Below, piece by piece: positions 51,744 to 64,000 of a stretch of DNA of 64,000 bases. Position 1 is the first letter of the stretch; each line of letters starts with the position of its first letter. This DNA is from Octopus vulgaris (taxonomy: Eukaryota): the NCBI GenBank assembly GCA_951406725.2, contig OX597816.1:113584001-113648000 (forward strand), written 5' to 3'. Position numbers and translations under genes: made by a program. The notes beneath the pieces were generated by a model. That model searched no databases, was not told where the DNA came from, and was given only the letters and a program-made list of their open reading frames with translations.

Positions 51744-53644
51744 AAATACTTATAATCTATATTATTATCAGATATTTCATATTTCCATAAATCTTTCACT
51801 TTATTGTAAATTAGAGCAAGCGTCTAGCTCAACTATATACATTTACTAATAAAGGCTCTTATATTAACCTTACAATTGTTTATGTCTTCATATAAATAAT
51901 TAATGTAATTCATTCTAAAATGAATGATAAACATTTGACTTTGTAGTGTAGAGCAGAAATTAATTTCATAGATTTTGTTGTTTTAAACAGAACAATTTAT
52001 TATAGTTGATTTAGAAATGTATATTATTTACTAGAAAACTAGATTTATTTCTTGCTGCCACTTCAATTTTATTTTCAATCCTCCTGTACCAAGCATTCTT
52101 TGAGAGGTACGTGCTGAACATTTCATATACTTTAATCATTTCTTCATTTAATAACTGTCTTTCTAACTAATGGCAATAGGCCTATTGCAGAGGAAAATGT
52201 AATATATATTGAGAATGGATGAAATGAAATTTAATCTAAAAGTTGTAGAACTAAAATTGTTATATCTTCCAATGAAAATTTAATATTAGACAACAATTTA
52301 TAAAATGCAATGAAAAGAAAAGAATATATTCTAAGTTTTTGTTTATTAGAGAAAAGGAATATATAAAAGACATGAAGAGAATGAAAAGAAAAGGGGAGGT
52401 GTTGGTGAACATAGAGAAAGCAGTGAGAAATGATAGAAAACAATATTGAATTGTGAAAATGTGAAGGATGTTCAAATGAAATTTTATATGGGTTGATAAA
52501 ATAATAATTCAGAGCCAAAAAATCAATTGCATACATTGAGGAGGTTGGAATGAAGGAATAAACAATATGTTGTACACTTAGAATATCAAAGTATTTTTAA
52601 CAATGCAGCGGGTTTTTTTTTTTTTTTGCAGTTTTGTATAGCTGCTTAGTATTAGCTCTATTTTTTATATTTTGTAGTTAATTATTACTTTCAGTCCTGA
52701 AAAAAATGTTTAGTATAATTTCTCTTTTGATGCTTAATTAATTTTGTAGCTAGCTTGCTTTTTAGCATTTCTCTTATATTTTAGTTACATAGAATAATTT
52801 CTAACTAGATACTAACTGTTATCATCTAAAAAGTTAATATAATTTATAAAAAAAACTGGTATTTATTTAATAGCATATAGCTGAAATTTGATCAGTTTCT
52901 GACAGGTAGTCAGAAAATATTTGTGCTATAATAATAATTAAAATATAAAAAAGATACTTCCATAGTGACTAATTAGAATTTTATTTTCAACTGATAGTTT
53001 TATATTATTATAGAAGAGAATAATGTTAAATAGCCTCTTTCTGTTTTAAGTTCTGTAGATAGCACTAATAAACATTCATTATGTTATAAGTAATTAATGT
53101 GATTTGAATTATCACTTTAGTGATAGTTCATTACTTGGTGATTCTGTAAATGTGTTGCTAATTAATATTTTTTCCAGCATGAAAGATTAATTACTTGTGT
53201 TGTGTATTTATTACTAATTAGTAGATCTTTGATGATAAATATCCAATTTATCCATTTTAAAAATTTACATAATTAAGCATTTCTTACATCTTCACAACTA
53301 AAAACGTTTATAATGTGAAGGTTAATCAATTTACCAATTAATAAGGTTTCTACATTGGATTACTATGTAAGCAGTAAGCAGTACTGTTATCCTTGGTTGC
53401 GAACTAAAATATATATTCATTTCATGTAACTAATGTACATTTTACTCCTGTGCTTTGACAACAGATATTGTAAGTCATGATGCTACTAGCTTTTGAATTA
53501 TATTAAGTCTATATGATATAAATGTACATAACTATGCATATATAATGTGTGTGTGTGTGTCTATGTGTGTGTTTAGATGCATGCATGAATGCATGTGTAT
53601 ATGTATATATGCACATCTATATATATTCAAATAGCTCTAATTGC

Positions 53645-53701
<57 letters not shown>

Positions 53702-53748
53702 CTCACACATGTACACATACATATTTACATGTATCATCATCAGCATTG

Positions 53749-53779
<31 letters not shown>

Positions 53780-53793
<14 letters not shown>

Positions 53794-54245
53794 CAATCAT
53801 CATTTTAGTGCTGACTTTTACATGCTTGCAGATGGAGTTTATTGAGGATTATTTTCTAAGGCTGGATGCTCTGCCTGTTGCCAACTCTCACCAGTTTCTA
53901 AGGAATTTAATATTTCACTATGGCCAGAAATGTAATTTTACTGAATATTGAAAATGAATGACACTGTTTGTGTGATAGTAACATTCATTTACAGCTATCA
54001 CAAAATGTCAAGTAAAGGAGACACAAACATATACATATTCCCACACACATACACATGCATACATATTAATGTATATGTATATACAATGGGCTTTTTTCAG
54101 TTTCCATCCACCAAATCCACTCACAAGGCTTTGGTTAGCTTGAAGTTACAATAGAAAGATGCTTGTACAAGATTCCATGCAGTAGGACTGAACTTGAAAC
54201 CATGCAGTTGGAAAGCAATCTTCTCAATCATACAGTCATGCCTCT
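53780..54245 (-). mobile_element. SINE A variant with RTE-derived 3' tail
   Basis: Family A head and core at 54086-54245; tail shares ctggatgc...ttgccaac and (CAT)n with the RTE 3' UTR. Confidence 0.7.
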
Positions 54246-54414
54246 GTGTGTATGTGTGAGTGCATGTATATGTACGTTCACTGGTGAGGTCAGAATAAGA
54301 CTAAAACATGCTTCCCGGAAATATGCCAATAATATTATATTAGTTATTGGTGACATACTTTTTTCCCAAAAGCATGATTGTTTCAAGTTATCCTGCATGT
54401 GATAATAGTAATAC

Positions 54415-54463
<49 letters not shown>

Positions 54464-54483
54464 TACATACATACATTTATATA

Positions 54484-55724
54484 TAATAAATGAAAAAATG
54501 TATTGTAAATAAACAACAACAGGGTAAAAAATGTACAACGTATACTGAGTGTACAACCAAACAGGAGACAGACACATAAGGTCCCTAATTCTTCATCAGT
54601 TATCAGCCAGATGATATTACTCAGTTTTGCACCTTCAATGATAAGACTGAGAGCTTCCCATGCTGGTGGTGTTGCAAAAGTTGTGGAGAATATAGGACTG
54701 AAGGAGGGCTGGCCACAGGCCAAGGGTCATGTCAGCAGCAGACAGATATATATAAGGATGAGAGCAAACAAAAAAATACAGAATGGACATATAAAAGTGA
54801 ATAAATGTAATTTAAGATGATGGACAAAGACAAAAGAAACAACAAATGAGCAAAAATATAGTCTGAGGGTCAAAAAGACAAGAATGGTAGGTAACACTTG
54901 GAAGGAATCCTGAAGGATTAGAAAACAACAAATAGCTAGTCAGTGGGACACAGAATTCACAACTGGTCAACTATGCAACCAGTGTGAAAAAGGAAGAGAA
55001 AGAAGGAGGGCTGGCCACTGGTTATGTGTCAGCAGCAGGCAGAGGAAAAAGAGGACAAGAGAGAGAGACAGAGAGACAGAGAGAGAGACAGAGAGAAAAC
55101 AAGGGAAGAGATGAAGGGGGAAAAGGAGAAAGTCTAGAAATAGAAGTAAGAGGGCGAAAAAGAGAAAAAAGGAGAAAGAGAATAACCTTTCTGCTTTCCC
55201 CTTTCATCCCTTCCTTTGTTCTCTCTCTGTCACACTCTCTCTCCCTTTCTCTTGTCCTCTTTTTCCTCTGCCTACTGGAGACACATGACCAGTGGCCAGA
55301 CTTCCTTCTTTCTCTCTCTCTTTTTCACACTGGTTGCATGGCTGACCAGTTGTAAATTTTGTGTCTCACTAACTTGCTAGTTGTCCTTTTCTGATCCTTC
55401 AGGATGCCTTCTAAGTGTTACCCACCATTCTTGTCCTTTTGGCTCTAAGACTATATTTTACTTGTTTCATGTTTGTTTCATCTTTGTCCATCATCTTAGA
55501 TTACATTTATTCTCTTTCATATGTCCACTCTGTATTGTTTTGTGGCACTGCCAGCATGGGATGCTCTCAGTCTAATCATTGAAGGTGCAAAACTGAGTAG
55601 TAGCATTTGGTTGATAACTGATGAAGAATTAGAGACCTTCTGTGTCTGTGTCCTGTTGTTCACTCAGTACATGTAGTGCGTTTTTTTCCCTGTCGTTCAT
55701 TATAATACATTTTTTCATTTATTA
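54484..55724. repeat. Large fold-back (~550-650 bp arms, ~50-nt spacer)
   Basis: 54484-55135 aligns to the reverse complement of 55186-55724, roughly 80% by eye; the left arm has an extra ~110 bp. Confidence 0.92.
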
Positions 55725-55749
55725 AGTAACGGAACGCAATGCACCCTGG

Positions 55750-55781
<32 letters not shown>

Positions 55782-57229
55782 GCATAAGCTCTAAATAACC
55801 TTTTGGAATAATCTAAAATGAAAAAATTATTAAAAATTCTAATTTCAATATATTTCAATGAAAATGTCATGCTTATTATCCATTTTAAATAGCTTCTTTG
55901 CTCAAACTTACAGCTCCTTTTCTCTGTCTGTCTCTGTCTGTCTTTCTCTCTTTCTCCCCCCCCCTCTCTCTCTCTCTTTCCTTACAGCTCTCATTCATGG
56001 TGATCACTTCTCCTTTTTCCTGCCTCTAACTTTAAACCCTCATTCACTTTTTTGTCAATTCCACCTACTGATCTAACTTATACTGACTTTCGTTGTCATT
56101 TCTATATTGCTATCACAACTATAATTATAAAGAAATGAAAGAAATATTGTTCTTGTACATAACAAGGAGAACAGATCAAAGTACTTTTGCATTTCCCTTC
56201 TTTATAACCTGTGATTTTTCTTTATAAATTTTAAAAAATTTATATCTCTCTTTATATTGATATTTCTTTGAAATGTCTTATAAGTTATTTCATTAATTTT
56301 AAATTTACTTTTTATATTTTCCTATTTTTATAAGATTTGATATTTCTTTAAAATTTAGAAAAAACTACATTGTAGTCCTATATACACAAAAGATCAGACA
56401 CACATGCATGCATACACATGCACATACACACATGCATACACACACACAGTGTATATATATTGCATATTGCATAAAATAGAAGGAAACTGCTCAGAAGATG
56501 GTATTTCTCCCACTCTTTTTTTAATGATCCATGTATTAAAATATGTAAACACCAACTTAGCTGTTTTCATGTACATGACATTTTTTTAATTATTTCAAAG
56601 CTGTAAGGCAATTACTTACTATGTATCTGCTTGGCCCTTTTCCCTTTCAATTTTGAGTTATCCAGTTTAAAACCTTAAGATTGGCATAGTTAATGAGATT
56701 GGAAAATTTTCTCAAAATTTATAATAGTTGATAAAATAGGATAAAAAGCATATTTCAAGAATTTAGAAATTATTGATTTCAACTTCTAAAAATATTATGT
56801 GTATAGCCACACATATGTATTGTGTACATACATATATACATAGATACATACATGCATGCATACATACATACATGCATGCATACATGTATACATACATTTA
56901 TACATCATGCATACATGCCTAATACATACATGCATACATACATATCTACATACATACATAGTTATTTAATCAATGTAAGTATCCATGTAAAGCTGGTAAG
57001 TCATGACAGACTGATAAAGGTATGTAATAACCCTTATGTAAAATAAATAAAAGATTGACAAAAAAGAAACTAAAAAGAAGAGAAAGAAAGAGGAAGATAT
57101 GCAGATAAAGAGCAGTTAAATTCTTGTGTTAAACTCTTCATAGCCTCTGGGCATTATACAGTCTTATTTATAGTTGGTGAAACTAAATTACACCTCCAGC
57201 CTTGGTAGCTGTTTTAAGACTAGTTTATA

Positions 57230-57650
57230 AATGCCATTTTCTCTCTCAGACTGATAATTTTAGCATTGGAAACAATAATCTTTAAGGTTTTCATGCCCTC
57301 TTCATGATAAAATATAATTCAATTGCATATATCCCCTTTTCAACAAAGTCTTTGTTAACCTTGCTGAATATTTGATACATTTTATTCATTGATAATTCTT
57401 CTTGAGTTAATGGAGGATTAAATTCTGATAGTTTATTTCTTGATTGATTCTTCCAAAATATGTTTTCCACCCTTGACTAATTATGTTTTTGTTGAATGAT
57501 TTGACTTGTCATAAATGTGGAATTTGGTCTATATCAATTATTTCTTTTTATACTCCTTCTTTTGTGAGTTCATCTGCTTCCCTGTCTGCCATAATATCTG
57601 TATGATAGGTTTCCAAATCCTTGTTACTTGCTCATGCAGTTTCTGTTAAA
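57230..57650 (-). mobile_element. I/Nimb-like LINE C-terminal relic
   Basis: HTDIMADREADELTKEG (RNase H end-like) followed by a degenerate DYCFQC*NYQSER knuckle-like motif. Confidence 0.4.
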
Positions 57651-58797
57651 TAATTAATTTTAGAATCTTCTCAATTTTTTCAATCTGACCTCTTTTCCTT
57701 TACATACAAACAAACATACATACATACATACATACATACATACATACATACATACATACATACATACATACATACATACATACATACATACATACATACA
57801 TACATGCATGCATGCATGCATGCATAGATAAATACATACATACATACATACATACATACATACATAAATGCATACATACATACATACATACATACATACA
57901 TGTATTTTCACAAAGTAATTGTAATACTATATTTTGTATTTATATTTTTTAAACAAGTTCTTTCCAAAACAAAAAAAAATCCTAGCAGTAATTATTAACA
58001 ATAATTTGTTAAAATATTTGGCATTGTTTGCTGACAAGCATGAGAAAGCCTTGAATGTAACATTTACTATTTATTGTTAGATGGTCTCTATGATGACTTA
58101 GGTTGAAGAGGAATAAATACTGGACATTGAATTGACTAAATAATGATACTTTTCTGTTGAGATATTTTAGACAAAATGAAAACATCCAAACATAGTTAAT
58201 AAAGCTGATATAATTCTTACTGCAAGGAATAAATCTGAATGGAAATTACAGTTAGGGAAGTTTAAAAGAAAATGCTTTTAATGTTATAAGAATCCTTCCG
58301 AAGAAGAGATTAAATGGGATAATTAATACAGCATAGATATATACAAATGTTAAATTTCTACATATCCTTTTAATGCATTTATGTTGCTCACAACATTGGA
58401 TGGAGAAAGTAAATTTCTGATGTTGAATATGATATTGATTGCAACATTATTCCACAAAATATCTCCCATTATGTTTTGTATTTCAAAAAGTTCAAACACA
58501 TCTTGCATATTAAATAACATAACTGGGATTTAAGTTTTGCTTATCAGTTCTGAATCATTTTGAATTAAATCAATTTTCTATTATATTTATAAGCATGCTT
58601 ATTGTAAGCACTTACACATAGATACAGAGACACAAATACACATTTGCACAAATATATACATACACATATATGTGTGTATAATATGTACACACTTACACAC
58701 ACACATACATAATTTTTTTAATCAAATACGTCTGAAAGAAAAGCCAATCCCCATTTATATATAAACTTTTATACATTTGTACATGCACATGCAAATA

Positions 58798-58890
<93 letters not shown>

Positions 58891-59777
58891 ATGTGTATGT
58901 GTGTGTGAACATATGTGCATTTCACTTTATTCAGACTTGAAGACTGTTTACAACACATAAATTTGCAAGAAATTTCCTACCCTTTCCCCAGAAATAGGTT
59001 AGAAATTTCATGTAATATTTTTACATAATTTTGGATTATGGCTTTAAAATACAACATAGACATTCTGTTGTGTTCTTGTAACAGATGCCTTATTCCACAT
59101 TCTCCAATCTACCTGAGTGATGTATTAATAGCAGTTTCATCTTATACTAAGTTGATGTGTGAGGAAGTGCGTGCATGTAAAACATTTTCTCAGAGAATTG
59201 TCTAGATTTTATAATGCAAATATATATACATATGCGTGTGTTTGTGTGTGTGTATTATATACACATATATGTAGTATATATATATATAAATGTGTATATA
59301 TATATATCTATCTATATATACACACACACACATGCATGCATTTATTTATGCATCTGTGTGTGTGTATTATAAATGTATACATATATGTAGTATACACACA
59401 CAGACACACATATATAAAATAGAAAATATGCTGATAGTTAAAAACAAAAAAAAACAACAACAAAAACAAACATATTAATTCAAATACTCATTAATTGAGG
59501 AGTAAAGGGAAATGTGGAAATAACAGAAAACTTATCAGTTTAAGAACATCTAAAGTATTCTGAAGCAGTTATTTGGTTTTTTAAAACATTTCACAACTGC
59601 TATCTTTTAGATATTTCATGGTGATTCTTTGTTTAATGGCTTAAAACAAAATCTCAGTGAGCAGAAATACTTTCATGGTATGCTTGTTTCATCCTGCTGT
59701 CTATCCATTGATAGACTTGCACATTTAAACCAAAACACGGGTTAATTTATTATGTAAGTTGTTATAATAAATAAAGA

Positions 59778-59920
59778 AACATGGTCAAGTAGTTAGAATG
59801 TTGAGCCCATGATTGTAAGGTCAAGAGTTTAATTCCTGGGCTGAGCATTCCATTGTGTCCTTGAGTGAGGCACTTCATTTCACATTGCTCTGGTTTACTC
59901 AGTAGAAAATGAGTACCAAC
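59778..59920 (+). mobile_element. SINE family C head
   Basis: tRNA-like head and ccttgagtgaggcacttcatttcac. Confidence 0.6.
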
Positions 59921-59989
59921 TGAATACTACTGCTGTTCTTTCTCTCTCCAATTGTAACATCCTTGGTGTTCTACTGAGTTAAGAATGGA

Positions 59990-61175
59990 ATGACTGAGAG
60001 TAGGTGTTGTTGTCAGCTCATGACTACACAGGCATCTACAAAATCTAGTGAAAATACAATACAAGCTACCACTGGTGACTTACTTTTCTCTATTATTCAC
60101 CACAGAACTCCTGCCTTAAAGAAATTTGGTGAAAATAACGACCATGTTTTGTACGCATATTTTTTCTTAAAACTAATCAATTATGTGACCCCTCCATCTC
60201 TCATCCATAATTTTGGTAGCTTCCTATCAGTTCATATTATCATTAAATGTGCTGCCTGAAGTGCTTATGTCAGTCATTCTGTCAACTTCACTATGCCCCA
60301 GGGTTCAGTTTTGTCACCCACTCTCAACTTTATATTAATGACTTACTCATTGCCCCAACCAGCAGATGTAGATGGCCCTGTCTTTGATTCCTTCCTAACA
60401 TTATCCAACCATGCATCATCCACATGCAGTCTAGACACTGCATGTCAAATCTGCATTGGCTACATTGACTACAAGACCTTCCATTGAGGATATATTGATC
60501 TTGTCTCTTTCAGTAACAAGAAAACACAAACACTCCTCATATCAAGAAAACATCATTGCACTGCACACCCTTTATCAAGAGTGATTCTTAATCAGGAGCT
60601 TCACAATCATTCCAGCGATTGGGTCTCTCTATCACTGAATATCTCTTCTGGCAAAAGCATATCCTTAATATAGCCAGCACCACATCCCAACAACTGAGCT
60701 TTCTCTTCTCGTTCTGAGGATACTTCAGACCCCACCAATAATTCAAACTTCTATGAAATTCTGGTGTGGTCCACAATGAATATTGCTTTTACACCTGAAA
60801 TATTGTCATTACTGATGCATAAATAAACATCCTAGACTGCATCCAGAAAAGATCACCTGATTGATTAGCATGAAGTTAGTCACGTACATGCTCCAAGCTT
60901 TGGTCTCAGGTATGTTGCTATGTCTCTCTGCTTGTTCTACCATTATTATGATAGTGCTGGCTGAACTCAGACCACTCCAGCACTCCTATCTTACTTGCCT
61001 TTCCTCCTCTCATCACTCTTGTTGTGTCCAATCCCCAAAGCCAAAATGTCAACCATTATGCCCAATCCTTTCTTTCAAGAATGTCATCCCTCTGTAATTC
61101 CATATTAGCTCTGTCATTCCTGCAGATGTCAACTTACAAAGGTTCATGAGGAGCATTAACGACATCAATCTCACT
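59990..61175 (+). mobile_element. CR1/Zenon-like LINE relic (RT region to 3' end)
   Basis: PQGSVLSPTL, LVSFSNKKTQTLLIS, LGLSITEYLFWQKHILNIA; heavily degenerate. Confidence 0.7.
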
Positions 61176-62360
61176 AATCTAGGACAACCTGTGAATGCCA
61201 TGAACATTGTCTCTTCCTTCAAATCCAGCAAGTAAATAAGAAGAAAATTTCAAGAAACTGAATAACAAGCTAATAAACAAAATATTCTTCTATCAAAATG
61301 ATGTCCCTACTAATGAAAACTTTTTTGGATAATTGCACAAAGCCATAAATTTCTACATTTTTGGGTAAAGGTGAATAAATTGATCTTAGTATATTATTGC
61401 ACTTAAAAATGAAAGGGAAAGCAAAATCTAGTGCAATTTGAACTCAGAGAATTCAAGCAAGAAATTAAATGCTCAGGTTCTGTTTTGTGAGGCATTTTAC
61501 CTTTACCGACATGCTCACTTCTAAATCATTAAGTACATCACAACGATATAATCAATATTACTTTCTTCATTTTTAAAGTATGTAAAATTATGTTCAGGTG
61601 TTATGAAGAAGATAATACATATGCACAACATGGAAACTCAATTCAGATAAAAGTATATTTATTATGATTAAGAAAAATTGAAATATTTTACATGAACAAA
61701 TATTGAATTATATTCAGAATTATCAAATTATATATGTAAAACTAAGCAGTAAACATTTTTTGCTTTCATTTTTAATTATTTTCTAATAATGAATTCAAAT
61801 TATTTCTATGTATTCTGATTTCTATTAATGATAGCTCTGAATTGTGTGTGATCTTAATGGTGTAGAATCTTATAATAAACAAAGCTTGGGCATATTAATT
61901 TGTTGTGAGAAGGAACTAAAGTTTAAGCATGTATCACAAAATAATCTGTGAGACATTTATAGAGAAGATTTACTGTAAAACTAAGTTGCTTTGTTAAAAA
62001 ATAAATTTTTATTGTAATATTTTTAATCATAAACTTTCTAAATCAACAACTGTCTTGACCTTAATTGAAACTATGAAGATAATTGTTTGTTTTATTGTTG
62101 GACTTGACAGATGTTTTACAAAATTATGAAAAGTTTATCTCATATACTGTACAACATAACTGAATGTAAACATATATGTCTGCATTTATAATGATCTAAA
62201 ATAATATTTATAATAAGGTACAATTCTAGTATGTAACACAGAAACTAATTCACCCTTTAGATTAAGCAGCAAGAGAAGATATTTTTTTTTAAATTATGGA
62301 AAGTAAAATTACTTGTAGAAATCTGTTTATAAATTCATAGAAATTTGACTACATAGTTAC

Positions 62361-62514
62361 TGATCTATGTAATTATCTTCCAACCTATCTATCTTACACT
62401 CATCCTTCATTTTTAAAAGATGACCAAAACTCCACCTCATACACCACAACAATGGAGAATGCAGCTGTGCAGGCAACTGAAGATTAATTATTGCTTCCAC
62501 CTGTACTACACATT
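62361..62514 (-). CDS. Internal coding exon of the unidentified host gene
   Basis: cattacacag| (or gtacag| at 62500) and ca|gtaact; open CVVQVEAIINLQLPAQLHSPLLWCMRWSFGHLLKMKDECKIDRLEDNYID; phase-2 exit. Confidence 0.6.
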
Positions 62515-62811
62515 CTGTGTAATGGAACTTACAAAAATGGTAGTATTTCACTGTTATAGATGTGAATGATACTTTAATTACTACAATCAAGGGTCTCTTG
62601 TATGTTAATTAAAGAAGTTAAGGTTCTGACTTGCACTAAATTTGGCTTGTAAGGAGGGAGGGCCATGTTGAAAACCCAACCTTACTTGTTCATCCCTAAA
62701 TTTGTGTACATGTGGCAAGGCTGCTAAGATGACTGGGTGTATATCGGAAATGCAGTAGAATGACCCAGATGAACTGTGTTTCTCATTGTCTTACAATAAT
62801 ATTACTGGATA

Positions 62812-62947
62812 CAGTTCTATATTTAAGAGATGAAGAATTATGTACATTATTTACATTCAACGGATATTTGTCCTCATCTTGCTTGTTGTTAACATTGTGT
62901 TAACAACAAACAAGATGAGGACAAATATCTGTCGAATGTAAATAATG
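62812..62947. mobile_element. 136-bp fold-back insert with a 14-bp TSD
   Basis: 50-bp arms 62845-62894 / 62898-62947 (47/50), 3-nt loop; flanks aatattactggata / aatattgctggata. Confidence 0.85.
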
Positions 62948-64000
62948 AATATTGCTGGATATCACCTCTTAGCTCTTTGAAATAAGTGGCTGATAGGGTT
63001 CCCTTTAAGCAAGTCACCAAAAACTCAGTTTTTTTATGTATCTTAAGCTTTTTACATTATATATGCTGTGTGTGTGTGGTTGTTTAGCTAACTGTTCATC
63101 TGCTTGTTATGTTTTTGTTTTTGTTTCTGTTAATGGTGGTTGTTCTATGTTATTGTTGAACCTGAGATAAGTGATGACAGAACTGGTCTATGTTCAAAGG
63201 CACTCCAGTTGCGACCACTCTGCCTTATTTTAAAGCTACGTGGGTATAATTGGTGAGAGATTTGGCTGCCATTTCTAGCAGGGTGGACAATCATGTAAAG
63301 GATCCATTATTAGCTCAAATGGCAATGTTATTCTTTATATAAGTAAGATGTCTTTAAGGAGAACAAAATATCAATTGTGACACTCATTTCTCAAAAAATT
63401 TACCAATATATAGAATGATATTGAGTTAGAATTGGATTTAGTTTGTTGAGAAATTAATACTGCAACACATGATCAAAAGTGTGGCTTTCACTCCCATCCC
63501 AGTACTCCAAAATATTTTTTCCACAAATTCTTTAAACTTTAACGAATTTTTTTAAAGCTACTTAAACCAACTATGTGGTTTTGGGGTTCTATCTCAATGT
63601 GTAACACCTTGGGTAAGTACTTTCTGCTGGAATTTGATAGATGGAAACTGTATGGAAGTCCGTAGGAGGTGCACTGTTTCTTGACGGTAGACTTAATCCA
63701 TTACCTACTTTAATGCAACTATCTTGTCTGTGGGTGCCTTTAGCAAAATCTACTCTTGCAAGCATTCAGTTCAGGTCTCTCTTCTGAGAATAACTTCTTC
63801 TCTTCTTACCACCTACCTCTGAGACCGTTCCTTCTCTGGTAAAGTAAAAAACTAAATTAAGAAGAAATTATGTTAATTAAGCAGTTTGTTAAGATATTCA
63901 GTGTTTTCTTTCATGATTCTCTTTCATACCAATATCTGTGACACAAATACCTTAATGATAAAACATTTTAAGTTTTTGATATCTTATTGTAAGGGTATTG

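Noticed and set aside
55618-55645. CTGATGA in the large fold-back as a hammerhead
   Set aside because: No downstream GAAA and UH with pairing stems.
8335-59478. Many ORFs rich in YI, HT, CV or MYVC repeats (for example 8335-8895, 13343-13828, 42685-43128, 57660-57911)
   Set aside because: They are translations of (TA)n, (CA)n, (TACA)n and (TCTG)n microsatellites.

Overview
AT-rich, microsatellite-dense animal genomic DNA. The SINE/LINE repertoire looks like an octopod cephalopod (inference from repeat families recalled from memory). Most ORFs in the track are microsatellite or antisense-repeat artefacts. Three layers are visible. (1) A large multi-exon gene on the minus strand crosses the whole window. 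Candidate 5' exons (62361-62514, 46391-46601, 30288-30338) are intact, while several 3' exons (14.9 kb, 8.3 kb, 3.2 kb, 2.8 kb) keep splice sites but carry stops or a frameshift, suggesting a decaying gene; the 3' peptides weakly and collinearly resemble CPLANE1/C5orf42. (2) Many transposon relics: several tRNA-headed SINE families, RTE, CR1, R4/Dong, I/Nimb-like and Penelope (GIY-YIG) retroelements, mariner and maT deletion derivatives, hAT and TA-target MITEs, and Helitron/Helentron-like elements, often nested. (3) A set of fold-back (inverted-repeat) inserts, several carrying hammerhead-ribozyme cores (best at 35375-35451, minus), plus a ~300-330 bp tandem/inverted array with a hammerhead-like core. 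All identities were judged by eye, no database search was run, and boundaries of degenerate repeats are approximate.
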